Both the position numbers and the translations under genes were made by a program. From NCBI RefSeq assembly GCF_036365525.1, contig NC_090382.1:111448372-111512371 (forward strand): DNA of 64,000 bases. Reading direction: 5' to 3'. Under the pieces are notes generated by a model. The model did no database searches, was not told the origin of the DNA, and saw only the letters and a list, made by a program, of their open reading frames with translations. The DNA comes from Heterodontus francisci (Eukaryota). Of this stretch, positions 36,791 to 50,329 are shown piece by piece (within the stretch, counting starts at the first letter, position 1; every line of letters begins with the position of its first letter).

Positions 36791-39226
36791 ATGCAAGCTT
36801 TGTTTACAGTTTTCCTGCTTTGTGTCTGGAATATCGTTTATACTCAGATTCGTTATGCTATTCATGAAGAATTGAAGCATGGTGCCTTCGTTGGGAACAT
36901 TGCTCAAGATCTGGGGCTGGATGTAAGACAGCTGTCTCGTCGCAGGCTCCGCATAATGTCTGCAGTAAGAAAACGGTATTTCGAGATTAATTTAGAGAAT
37001 GGCGTTTTGTTTGTGAATGAAGTGATAGACAGGGAGTACGTGTGTAGGCAGAGTCCTACTTGTTTTATGAATCTGGAGTTTGTAGTAGAAAATCCATTGG
37101 AACTCTATCGTATTGAAGTGGAGATACTAGATATAAATGACAATTCCCCCAGTTTTTCGAATGCTGAGATCCGTTTGGAGGTCCTAGAATCAGCGCCACC
37201 GAGAACTCGTTTCCTTCTTCAGAGTGCCCATGATCCGGACTTGGGCATCAATTCTGTCCGCATTTATTATCTCAGTCCAAATGAACATTTTGCTTTAGAA
37301 GTACAGAATAGCGGGGATGATAGTAAGTTTGTCCACCTACAGCTGGAGAAATACCTGGACAGAGAACAACAGGCAATTCATCGTTTACTTCTGACTGCCG
37401 TTGACGGAGGTTCCCCAGAGAGAACTGGTACAGCCCAAGTTATCGTCACTGTCCTCGATGTCAATGACAACTCTCCTGCATTTGACCAGACGTTCTTTAA
37501 AACTAGCTTAATGGAAAATGTACCGATAGGTACTGCAGTTATCAAATTAAATGCCACCGATCTGGACGAAAGCACTAATGCAGAGATAGTGTATTCTCTC
37601 AGTGACCTTACTCCTAGCACGATCCGCGAACTTTTCAGTATGGACTCCCAAACAGGTGAAATTATAGTAAAGGGGATTGTAGACTTTGAAGAAGCCAAGA
37701 CTTATGAAATTATAGTAGAAGCCAAAGACAAAGGTCCATTTGCACTCCCCGTGCATTGCACTGTCCTCATAGACATCAACGATGCCAATGATAATGCCCC
37801 CGACATGACTCTGATGTCAGTATCCAATTCGGTTCGTGAGGATGTACATTCTGGAACTGTGATCGCGCTAATCAGTGTCACCGACCAAGATTCTGGGGAT
37901 AACGGACTCACTACCTGCCTGATTCAGCCCAACCTACCGTTTGAACTCAAATCGGCTTTTAAAAATTCGTACACTGTTGTTATCAAGCACGCACTGGACA
38001 GGGAAACTACGTCTGAATACCAAATTGGGATCTCTTGCCATGACTCCGGATTTCCTCCTCTATCCACAAATAAAACTATTCAAGTGCAGATATCAGATGT
38101 AAACGACAACCCACCGCGCTTTGCAGATAGGTTGCATACTGCATACGTGATGGAGAATAACGCTTTTGGGGCTTCTATCTGCTCGGTGTCCGCTTTTGAC
38201 CCTGACTTGGGTCCAAACTCCCACCTTTCCTATTCCGTTCTCGACAGCCTGGTTCAAGGTGCCTCCATCTCATCGTACGTCTCTATCAATTCAGAGAACG
38301 GGATAATCTATTCGCAGCGCTCCTTTGATTACGAACAGCTCAAGAATTTCCAGATTAACGTTCAAGTGCAGGATGCTGGCTTGCCTCCACTCAGCACTAA
38401 TCATACAGTGAACGTAGTCATCCTGGATCAAAATGACAATGCACCTGTAATCGTATTTCCGCTAACAAACAATGGGTCCGAAGTAACCATTCCTCGAATA
38501 GCAGATCCTGATTACTTGGTGGTCAAGGTCATTGCTGTTGATTCCGATTCTGGGCAGAACGCACGATTGTTTTATCAGCTTCTCCAAGCTACCGATCAGA
38601 ATCTTTTCACTATGAGGATTAACTCGGGAGAAGTAAGGACGACCCGTCAAATTAACGACAGAGATGTCGCAACACAGATGATGGTCATATTGGTAAAAGA
38701 CAATGGGCATCCACCTTTATCTACCACTATCACCATCACACTCGCAATAATAGACAGTTTTGAAGACGTCATTCATGCCGTTACATTCATGCCTAGAGTC
38801 CCTGATGATCCCTCTAGTACAGCCTTTTATATAATTATATCGTTAGGGGCAATCACACTTACACTAATGCTGGCCCTAATTGCGCTCGTGATCACAATTT
38901 GTCGCAGTGCAAGCAATGATGAGGACTGGTGTTGGTGTTTTGAACATAACGATTCAGATACGATATATCAAAATTCCAATCCAAATTTTCACACGGTGCC
39001 AGACTCCAGTCTAATTAAAAATGTTATTGAAGTGCGTGGATCTGGTTCTCTTGCTGAAACGTACTGTTATACTCTTCGGTCTGCTCCAGAATCGGTTAAA
39101 AGCGATTCCAAGTTGCTGTCACAGTTAAATGCAGCATCCGCCAGATACCAATCTGATGCTGCTGACAGATATTATTCAGACTGCAATGTAAAAGAAATGG
39201 ACAACACGACAATTTTAGCCACTGTG
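36791..39226 (+). CDS. Clustered protocadherin variable exon C
   Basis: Start at MQALFTVFLLCVWN (aligns with the signal peptides of B and D); six cadherin repeats, TM; phase-0 donor GTG|GTAAGT (GT at 39227). Confidence 0.96.
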
Positions 39227-41202
39227 GTAAGTGATGTGAACTTTAAGACCTCAGGTCGTCATATTTCTTTAATTATTTTGCGGTTTCTCCTGTGTTATAA
39301 TGTAACCCTTCATTTATGTAATGGAAAATATACATTTTCATCTTTGAAGCATGGCAACCAAATACTGAAGAGTGAAAATTAATGTTGCTAATAAATGAGT
39401 GATTGTTTTCCTTCCTAATCTTTCTGTTTGAACGGTGGTAACGCATGCAATTGTCAATTCTTCTTGGAGGAACACTATCAGCGTACTGTTCAACTGTAAC
39501 TCCCTTCTTACCGAGCGCACAAACACTTCAAGAAGTCCATTATGACAATAGTCTTCGGGGTTTGGGATACCTGGCAGAATTTTCTCAACTACCCTGACGA
39601 TCCAAATGTGCTTGCAATATTCCTGTTGCCCCTAAAACTAACTCGATACAGACCAGAATTTTAAACCTAAATTCGACTGGTAACTTAGGTTAATACTTTC
39701 GATGTAAACAGGCGACTAAGAGAAATTCCATGTTTAACACGAATTCAGTGTTATTTTGCATGTATTTTGCGATCAAATACCACAATTCGAGTTGCTTACA
39801 GTGTGGGTTTATCATGCTTGAATTAGCATGCGGAACACAGGGTCAGACGAACGAAGGAAAGAGACCACCTCATCCATCGAGCCAGTCCAGTCATGTCGTA
39901 ACAAAGCATCGTGACTCGCAGTCTTTCTTGCAACTATTAGGCATCTAGTCCGCCGAGAAAGGCAACAATTAGATTTTTAAAAAATTCTAGACCAATCAAG
40001 AACAAGAAAACAGAGTATTTCCGCTGTGGTCCTCTAAAATAACCAAAAACACTAAGGTATCACAGTGACCATGTAGTACAAACCGAAGTCCCGCCTAGTT
40101 TATTTATCCATTGATATTAGCCACAGTGAGGAACTTGTGCAGTTCCTTTTTGGGGCCATTCGTATTGCACGCAATTGTGGGATTTGCCAAGACTTGGTAT
40201 TATGTTCCTCATAAGTACACACGATCATTTTTTGAAAAGTTTTAATTCCATGGATGTAGGCGTCGCTGGCAAGACCAACATTTATTGTTCATCCGTGACT
40301 GTTATGAGAAGTTGATGATACAACGGATTGCCCTGTCAGGCAGTTCAGAGGGCAGTAGGTAAGGACAGCAGTTTTCCTTCACTAAAAGAACCAGTTTTTA
40401 CGACAATTTGTGGTCACTTTTGCTAACAGGTGGTGATACAACTGAATGACTTGCTAAGCCACTTCAGAAGGCAGTTAACACTTAGACACATTGGTATATT
40501 CCAGAGTCATATATAGGCCAGACCAGATAAGGACAGCAATTTTCTTCCGTAAAATGACCAGTCAGGTTTTAACGACAGTCCAACAGATACATTGGCAAGA
40601 ATGCTTCCAGCCACATGGAGGTGGCTTTAGAGGCGGGGGTAGCGTAGGAATTTGGAATGTAGCCCATCGTGCCAGCTCCCGAAATGCTCACACCTCCAGG
40701 GGCTTCTCCCAGAGGGGAGGCGCCCAGTGGCAATTGCTACCTGGCAGTGGTGGATAGCCAATTAAAGTGTTTAATATGGCAATGATCCAATGTTCTGGCA
40801 AATCACTGAAATTTTACCGATGGCGCATGGACCCCAGCTGTCTCTAGAGCCCGGCAACGCTTCAGAGGTGATTTCACAGTGGGACGTCAGAAGGAAATCA
40901 TAGACTGCTGCAAATGCCTGTATCAATATTCCCAAAGACTGAAGGCTGTACATCTGCGTCCAAACACATTCATATGGAGTTGTTTCCCCTGACAGTTCTG
41001 GACCTTTTAAAATATGCTGTCTGCACGCTTTCATAAGTGCCTCCATTTTGAGGTGCCACCGAGAACACCCTCTGCCTGAAAAGCTCTCACCTCTTCCAAT
41101 GGCGCTACTAGCCGACCCTCTTGTCGAACCCTCCAATTGCTCCTCTTGCGTTCATGTGCCACACGCTGTTCCTAAATGGATGACAAATGAGGAGGCGGCC
41201 TT

Positions 41203-41822
41203 TTCATCGGTCGGGGCATTGAGTATAAAAATTCGCAAGTCATGCTGCAGCTGTACAGAACCTTAGTTAGGCCACACTTGGAATATTGCGTATAATTCTG
41301 GTCGCCACACTACCAGAAAGATGTGGAGGCTTTGGAGAGGGTACAGAAGAGGTTTACCAGGATGTTTCCTGGTCTGGAGGGTATTAGCTATGAAGAGAGG
41401 TTGGATAAACTCGGATTGTTTTCACTGGAACGACGGAGGTGGAGGGGTGACCTGATAGAGGTTTACAAAGTTGTGAGTGGCATGGACAGAGTGGATAGTC
41501 AGAAGCTTTTTCCCAGGGTGGAAGAGTCAGTTACTAGGGGACATAGGTTTAAGGTGCAAGGGGCAAAGTTTAGAGGGGATGTACGAGGCAAGTTTTTTAC
41601 ACAGAGGGTGGTGAGTGCCTGGAACTTGCAGCCGGGGGAGGTGGTGGAAGCAGGTATGATAGCGACATTTAAGAGGCATCTTGACAAATACATGAATAGG
41701 AAGGGAATAGAGGGATATGGACCCCGGAAGTGCAGAAGGTTTTAGTTTAGACAGGCATCGTGATCGGCGCAGGCTCGGAGGGCCGAATGGCCTGTTCCTG
41801 TGCTGTACTGTTCTTTGTTCTT
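41203..41822 (+). mobile_element. CR1 LINE 3' fragment
   Basis: ALERVQKRFTRM..LFSLERRR.RGDLIEVYK..FFTQRVVSAWN; GTTCTTT tail. Confidence 0.9.
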
Positions 41823-41979
41823 TGTTAATTGGCTGTCTCCCGTAATATTGTGCAGGCAGGCAGACCATTGACATAAGCTGGGTTAGGACCTGGAACTGGC
41901 CCTGCCGCCCATGAATTATAAAAGTCCTGAAGATTACATCCTTGGTCACTTTTACCGACAGCAATTATTTACAGTCATA

Positions 41980-44900
41980 GTCATTTCTGGCAGAGAAGGA
42001 GGTCATTTGACGCATCGAGTCTATGCTAGCTGTCCACAGAAAATGTGGCCCTGCAAGTTTATTTCCTTCAATTGTCCATCCAATTTATTTTGAAATCATT
42101 GTTGCCTCTGCATCCACCACACTTGTGGGCAGCGAGTTCCAGGTCATTATCACTCGTAGCATAAAAAAAGTTTTTCCTCATATTCCCCCTGCGTCCTTGT
42201 ACCATCATTTAACAGGAACAGTTTTTCCTTATCCAACTTATCCAAGTCTGTCGTAATCATGTACACCTCTATCAAATCTCCCCTCGATCTCTCATGCTCC
42301 AAGGAGAACAATCCCAACTTTTCCAACCTAATCTTGTAACTAAAATTCCCCATCCCTGGAACCATTCTGGTAAATTCCCTTTGCGTCGTCTCAAGGACCC
42401 TCACATCCTTCCTAAAGTGTGGTGACCAGAACTGGACATAATACTCTAATTGGGGCCTAACCAGAGCTTTATAAAGGTTCAGCATTACTTCCCTGCTTGT
42501 GTACCCAATGCCTCTTTTTATGAAGCCCAAGATCCCATATACATTGCTAACTACTCTCTCAATATGTCCTGCCACCTTCAAACATTGATGCACCTGCACC
42601 ACAGGATCCCCTGCTCCTGCACACTCTTTAGACCTGTGGTATTAAGTCAACCTATCCCTTCTGTCAAAATGCATCACTTGTCTGTTTTAAATTCCATCTG
42701 CCTCTTGTCTGCCCAGTCTGCTAGCCTATCTATGTTCTGCTGCAGGTGGTTCATCCTCACTGTTTGCCACTCCTCCAAGTTAGGTATCATTGGTTAATTT
42801 TGAAGTTCTATTGTGTATTCCATGATTCAAGTCATCCATGCCTGGACTGGAGGGCATGTCTTAAGAAGAAAGGTTGAGGGAGCTAGGGCTTTCCTCATTG
42901 GAGCGAAGAAGGATAAGAGGTGACTTGATAGAGTGGTACAAGATGATGAGAGGCATAGATAGAGTGGATAGCCAGAGACCTTTTCCCAGGGTGGAAAGGG
43001 CTATCATCAGGGGGCATAATTTTAAGGTGATTGGAGGAAGGTTTCGGGGAGATGTCAGAGGTAGGTTCTTTACATAGAATGCACTGCCAGCGGTGGTAGT
43101 AGAAGCAGATACATTTGGGACATTTAAGCGACTCTTGGATATGTCCATGGATGATAGTGGAATGAAGGGTATGTAGGTAGTTTGATCTTAGAGTAGGTTC
43201 AAAGGTCGGCACAACATCGTGGGCTGAAGGGCCTGTACTGTGCTGTACTGTTCTATGTTCTATATGTAGAAAAAAAAACAGTGGACCTAGCACTGACCCT
43301 TGGAGAACACTTCATACTTCATACTTCAGACTGAAAAACAACCATTTACCATGACTTGCTGTTTTCTGTCCTTAAGCCATTTTTTTTATCCAATTGGACA
43401 CTGACCCTCCTATTCCGAGCCTCAATTTTGTTAATCAGCCTTTTATGTGGTAATTTATGAAACCCTTTCTTAAAATCCATAGAGACAACATCCACTACAT
43501 TCCCTTCATCAACCTTCTCTGTTACTTCATCAAAAAATTAATTACATTAGTCAAGCATGTTCGAGTTCTGAAGAAGGGTCACTGACCCGAAACGTTAACT
43601 CTGCTTCTCTTTTCACAGATGCTGCCAGACCTGCTGAGTGGTTCCAACATTTCTTGTTTTTACTCCATTTTACTAATCTGTGCTGGCTATCCTTAATTAA
43701 CACAAAACTCTCCAAGTGCCTGTTGATTTTTTTTCCTTAACTATTGTTTATAAATCCTTACCCACCACAGATGTTGAATTAACTAGCCTGTAGTTGCTAG
43801 GACTGTCGTTACACACTTTCTTGAACAAGGGTGTCACATTTACCACTCTCCAATCCTCTGGGACCTCCCCCACATCTAGGGAAGATTGAGAGATTATGGC
43901 AAGCCCTTGCACTATCTCCACCCTCACTTCCTTTAGCAACCTAGGATGCAAGACATCCACATCAGGTGGCTTATCTACTCTAAGCATAGCCAACCTTTCC
44001 AGTACCTCCTCCCTCTCAACTTTAACCCTATCCATTCCCTGTACTCTCTCCGCTTCAACCGATATTTTGTCAGATTCCTCTTCTTTAGTAAACACCAATA
44101 CAAAGTACTTATTAAGTATTACAACCTTGCTCTGTCCCTGTAAGCATATATCATCCTCATTGTCCCTAATAGGCCCCACTCCACCTCTTACTACCCGCTT
44201 ACTGCTTACATGCCTGTCAAAGATTTTTGGGTTCTCTTTTATGTTGACTGCCATTCTCATATTCTCTTTCCCAGTCTTATTTCCTTCTTCATCTCCCCTC
44301 TCAACTTGTTGTGTTTGGCCCGGTTCTCACTTGAATAATTCACTTGACATGGATCCTCTTATATGTCATCATAATCTGTATCTCTCTCATCAGCCAAGGA
44401 GCCCTATTCTTGGTTCCCCTACCTTTCACCCTTGTTGGAATGTACCTTTCCTGTACCTGAAACATAGTTTCCTTAAAGATAACCCATTGTTCCATTGCAG
44501 TTTTTCCTTTCAATCTTTGATTGCAATTTATCCTGGCTAGATCCCTTCTCATCCCATTGAAATTCGCCCTCTTCCAATCTTTTTGGGAGTTGTTCCACCT
44601 TACATTGTTCCTTGCTTTTCTGCATTTTGAGTCTAAACCTTATGATAGGATGATCACTCTTATCTAAGTGTTCCCACACAGACACTTGTTCCACCTTATT
44701 TCTCAGAACCAGATCCAGAAGTGCCTCCTTTCTAGTTGGGCTGAGAATATACTGGTCAAGGAAGTTCTCCTGAACACAAACCAGAAATTCCTCCCCCTCC
44801 TTTTACTTTGTCTAAATTATCCCAATTGATATTTGGGTAATCAACGTTCCCCAATATCACCACTCTATACTTCTTGCACATCTCTGTGATTTCCCTGCAG

Positions 44901-45170
44901 ATTTGCTCCTCTATCTCTCACTATTTGGAGGCCTACAGCATACCCCTAGTAGCGTGATTTTGCTTCTCACCTCTAACCAAATGGATTTTGTCCTTTACCA
45001 TCAATGACATCCCCTCTTTCCAACACTACAATGTCTTCCCTCATCAGCACTGCCACCCCATCCCCCATTTTTCTTTCTCTATGTTTTCCGAACGCTTTAT
45101 ATCTATGTATAGTAAATGTCCAGTCCTTACCATTTTTAAGCCACATTTCTGTTATTGCCACTCCATCACA
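41980..45170 (-). mobile_element. Older CR1 LINE with nested CR1 3' fragment (42838-43265, +) and PLE fragment (43563-43660)
   Basis: ORF2 remnants at 44973-45200 (AITEMWL), 43748-44260 (PEDWRVVNVTPLFKK) and 42150-42602 (LVRPQLEY..FWSP). Confidence 0.85.
43563..43601 (+). ncRNA. Putative minimal type I hammerhead ribozyme (best-preserved copy)
   Basis: GAGTT-CTGAAGA-A-GGGTC(ACT)GACCC-GAA-ACGT-T-AACTC: stem I GAGTT/AACTC, stem II, palindromic ACGT stem III. Confidence 0.65.
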
Positions 45171-45336
45171 TTCCCAAATTTTGTTTTTAATTAAATTCAA
45201 ATTCTAAAATCAGCATGATGAGATTTGAACTAATAATGTACTGGATTATTTGTTCATTGCTCTGGATTTCTAGGCTGGTAACATAACCATTAGACTACCA
45301 TACCCATGCAGGTGAACTAAGGATGAAGAAGGGTCT

Positions 45337-46709
45337 TTGACCCTCTATGTTGCTTTCATTGATCTCACCAAAGACTTTGACCTCGTCAGCAGAATTGGTC
45401 TCTTCAGACTACTAGAAAAGATTGGATGCCCACCAAAGCTACTAAGTATCATCACCTCATTTCATGACAATATGAAAGGCACAATTCAGCATAGCGGCAC
45501 CTCATCAGACCCCTTTCCAATCCTGAGTGGCGTGAAACAGGGCTGTGTTCTCGCACCTACACTGTTTGGGATCTTCTCTCCCTGCTGCTCTCACATGCAT
45601 TCAAGTTCTCAGAAGAAGGAATTTTCCTCCACACAAGATCAGGTGGCAGGTTGTTCAAGCTTGCCCATCTAAAAGCGAAGACCAGAGTACGGAAAGTCCT
45701 CATCAGGGAACTCCTCTTTGCTGATGATGCTGCTTTAACATCTCACTCATGAAGAGTGCCTGCAGAGCCTCATCGACAGGTTTGCGGCTGCCTGCAATGA
45801 ATTTGGCCTAACCATCAGCCTCAAGAACGTGAACATCATGGGACAGGACGTCAGAAATGCCCCATTTATCAATATCGGCGTGCATGCTCTGGAAGTGGTT
45901 CAAGAGTTCACCTAACCAGGCTCAACTATCACCAGTAACCTGTCTCTCGATGCAGAAATCAACAAGCGTATGGGAAAGGCTTCCACTGCTATGTCCAGAC
46001 TGGCCAAGACAGTGTGGGAAAATGGTGCACTGACACAGAACACAAAAGTCCAAGTGTATCAAGCCTGTGTCCTCAGTTCCTTGCTCTACGGCAGTGAGGC
46101 CTGGACAACGTATGTCAGCCATGAGCAACGTTTCAATTCATTCCATCTTCGCTGCCTCTGGAAAATCCTTGGCATCAGGTGGCAGGACTGTATCTCCAAC
46201 ACAGAAGTCCTCGAGGCGGCCAACATCCCCAGCATATACACCTTACTAAGCCAGCAGCGCCTGAGATGGCTTGGCCATGTGAGCCGTATGGAAGATGGCA
46301 GAATCCCCAAGGACACATTGTACAGCGAGCTCGCCACTGGTACCAGACCCACCGGCCGTCCACGGCTCCACTTTAAGGACGTCTGCAAATGCGACATGAA
46401 GTCCTGTGACACTGATCACAAGTTGTGGGAGTCAGTTGCCAGCGATCGCCAGAGCTGGCGGGCAACCATAAAGGCGGGGCAAAAGCATGGTGTGTCGAAG
46501 AGACTTAGCAGTTGGCAGGAAAAAGGACAGAAGTGCAAGGAGAGAGCCAACTGTGTAACAGCCCCGAGAGCCAATTTTGTCTGCAGCACCTGTGGAAGAA
46601 TCTGTCACTCTAGAATTGGCCTTTAGAGCCACTCCAGGCGCTGCTGCACAAACCACTGACCACCTCCAGGCGCTTACCCATTGTCTCTCGAGACAAGGAG
46701 GCCAAAGAA
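45337..46709 (+). mobile_element. RTE-clade LINE, 5'-truncated
   Basis: FIDLTKDFDLVSR..IGCPPKLL..GVKQGCVLAPTLF, LFADD, LLYGSEAWT, RLRWLGHVSRM..RIPK..LY.EL, terminal C..CGR.C.SRIGL.SH. Confidence 0.92.
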
Positions 46710-47419
46710 TTGATCCATCTATAGAAAACATAACATCCCCTCATTGTAGTTGGCAGTTACTTTATAAATGATTTCAGGATTTTTGTTTCCAGTATTCCAC
46801 TCTTGGTGTGTAGAGTTTCCTGATATGAATCTTAAGTTATCTTTTACTAGCTTAAACCTGCGCCCTCTGCCTCTCTATGCATAACTATCTTACATAGCCC
46901 CACAGGAACAGCTCTTAGACATCTTTCTGAGCTGAAAAGCCCATGTTTCTCCAGTCTTTCCTCATAAATCAGACCTCTCACATTGGGATTAGACTCACAG
47001 CTCTTTTCATGCCTCCAGTGCTTGAAAGTTTCAGAACTGATTGGAGCTTCAAGGAACCACAGCACTGCCTCCTCTGATTTATATTCTATTCTTTTGGCTA
47101 CATAATTGGCTTTGTTGATTTGTTTATCTGCATTGAGTCTACTAAGACTACTGGTAGGACTCTTTCAGATTCATCCCTGGCTATATCAATAACATTCATA
47201 AAGTCTGTATTTTGTCTGCATTTTGAAATCCTGTTTGGTGTTTCCAACAATTTAACTATTTTTAAAAAGTCTTCATCAAAACTTAACATATTGTCGGCCT
47301 GAAAATGACAAGAAAGGACATGCCATAAGACACAAAGATGGGAGAACAATAGGTAGAAGTCAATAGGCCAAATCTACTAATGATCCTCAGGAAACAAGAA
47401 AACAAATTCCAAACCTGTG

Positions 47420-49340
47420 TCCTGTACCACCTAGAAGAACAAGGGTAGCAGGTGCTGTGGGTGTGCTTACACTACATGGACTTCATCAGTTCAAGAAGGT
47501 GGCTCACCTCTACCTTCCCAAGGGCAAAGACCTGATTTCCGTAGATGAGGTTAGATTGACTGCCCCTGACATCAAGGCAAGATGTGGCATCAAGGAGCCC
47601 TTACAAAATTGATATCAATGTGAATCAGGGGAATAACCTGGCTGGAGTCATATCTAGCAGAAAGGAAGATGGTTGTGATCATTGGAGGCCAATCATCTCA
47701 GTCCCACGACATTCCTGCTGGAGTTCCTCAGGGCAGTGTACTAGGTCCAACCATCTTCAGCTGCTTCATCAATGATCTTCCATGCATCATAAGGTCATAA
47801 GTGAGAATGTTCATTGATGATTGCACAGAGTTTCAGATAATGAAATAGTTTGTGCCCTCATACAGCAAGACATAGACAACTTTCAGGCTTGGGCTGGTAC
47901 GTGGCAAGTAACATTCATAGGAACATAAAAGCAGGAGTAGGCCTTCAGCCCATGGAGACTGTTCCACCATTCAATATGATCATAGCAGATCATCCACTTC
48001 AATGCCTTTTTCCCACACAAACTGCATATCCCTTTATGTCATTGGTATTTAGAAATCTGTCAATCTCTGCTTTAAACATACTCATTGACTGGGCTTCCAC
48101 AGCCTTCTGAGGTAGAGAATTCCAAAGATCACAACCTTTTGAGTAAAGACATTTCTCCTCATTTTGGTCCTAAGTGGCTTTGCTCTTATTTTGAAATTGT
48201 GTCCCTTGGTTCTAGACTCCTTAACCAGGGGAATCGTCTTCCCTGCATCTACCCTGTCGATCCCTTAAAGTATTTTGTAGGTTTCAATGAGATCATCTCA
48301 CATTCTTTGAAACTCTAGAGAATACAGGCCCAGTTTCCCTAATCTCTCTTCATAGGACAGTCCTGCCATCCTGGGAACAAGTCTGGTGAATCTTTGTTGC
48401 ACTCCCTCAATGGCAATAATATCCTTCCGAAGATAAGGGGACCAAAACTGCACACAGTATTCTATCTAACCAAGGTTCTATACAATTGAAGCAAGACTTC
48501 GCTACTCCTGCACTCAAATCTTATTGTGATAAAGGCTCACATACCATTAGCCTTCCTAATTCCTGCACCTGCATGTTTTCTTTACACTAGACAAGTGCCA
48601 GGAAATGACCAACACCAGCAAGATAGATTCTAACCACCTCCACTTGACAGTCAATGGCATTACCATCGCCAGATGCCCCACCATCAACATCCTGGGGTCA
48701 TCAGAAACTGAATTGGACCAGTCACATAAGTACTGTGGCTACAAGAGCAGGTGAGAATCTGGGTGTTCTGCATTGGGGGACTCACCTCCTGACTCTCCAA
48801 AGCCTTCCCACAATCTACAAAGCACAAGTCAGGAGTGTGTTCGAATATTCTCTATTTACCTGCATGAGTGCAGCTCTAGCAACACTCAAGAATCTCGACA
48901 CTATCCAGGACGAAGCAGACTGCTTGATCGGCACCCCATCCACCACCTTAAACATTCACTGCCTCCACCACTGGTGCACAGCGACAGTGGTGTATACCAT
49001 CTGCAAGACGCACTGCATCAACTCACCCGGGCTTCTTCAACAGCACTTTCCAATCCCATGAGCTCCATCATCTAGAAGGACAAAGGAAGAAGGTGTATGG
49101 GAACATCACCACCTGCAAGTTCCCCTCCAAGTCACCCACATCCTGATGTGGAAATACATTGCCATTCCTTCACTGTTGCTGGGTCAAAAACCAGGAACTC
49201 CCTCCCTAACAGCACTTTGGGTGTACCTACTGGAGCAGTTCAAGAAGGCGGCTCACCACCATCTTCTCAAGGCCAATCAGAGGTGGGCAAAAAAATGCTG
49301 GTCTTGCCAGTGATGCTCACATTGAAAGAAAGAATTTAAG
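47420..49340 (+). mobile_element. CR1-group LINE fragments with a nested minus-strand CR1 3' piece (~47915-48580)
   Basis: ORF 48654-49061 KLNWTSHI..IYKAQVRSVFEYS; homologous to 4510-6945. Confidence 0.65.
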
Positions 49341-50329
49341 AACTACACATGATGACCATAGTAATTCTTACTATACTACTTCAAATATGGCTACATCGGC
49401 ACAGATAAATGTGCTGAATTTTACTCGGACAGCAGAGATCCCATTGCCAGGAGGTTGCCCAGCTTCAAAGGACAGTGGGACCTGGGTCCGCATTTTATGG
49501 TCGCAACCACTTCATTGGCTGTCTCTAGGTCTGCTGTCCCATTTAGGATGATGGCCTGCCTCCAAAATCTGCCTGCCCAATCTGAGGACCAGCAGCTCAG
49601 CAGCCTGGGCATCACACTTTAGAAAGTATATCAAAACATTGAAGAGGATGCATGGGAGATATATGTGCATGGTACCAGGGATGAGGAAATTTAGTCGCAT
49701 CAAAAGACATTAGATAACAAAGTTAAATGAGCTTGGATAGAATTCTTAGAACAGCAACCATATTTTTTCCCTCTCTTTTCCAGTTCACTCATTATAGCTG
49801 CTGTCTTCTGGGCACTTTCAATAGCTGAAAAATCCTTTTTTACTGTGACAACCAAATCTGTACATAGTATTCTATGTGATGTTGCACCAATTATTTATAA
49901 AGTGGCAGGATTGTATCATCATTTCTGTTCAGTATTGTTCTTTTAATACATCCCAACATCTGACTTGCTTTACATAATGCTGCCAAGCTGTGCTTTGCCG
50001 TAATAGCTTCAATTTATTGTCTATCAGGACCCCCAGATCTAGTTGTCTAACTGTTGACAGAGGTTTAAAGTTAATGTTTGTAATGTTACAGAAAAAATGA
50101 ATACAATCGATTAACTTAAAAGCAGTAAAATAAAAGCAAAATACTGCGGATGCTGGAATTGGGCATTTGGGTTTATGGTTTTTATACACATGAACTGCTA
50201 CCAATCTTTATATGGATGAATTTGAAGACTTGTTTTTTTTTTAAACTCTATTTGCAACTACAGTACAGAAACAGACCTATCAGTTCTTAAAGATATACAA
50301 ATTAGTCCCATTCCCCTATTCATCCGAGG

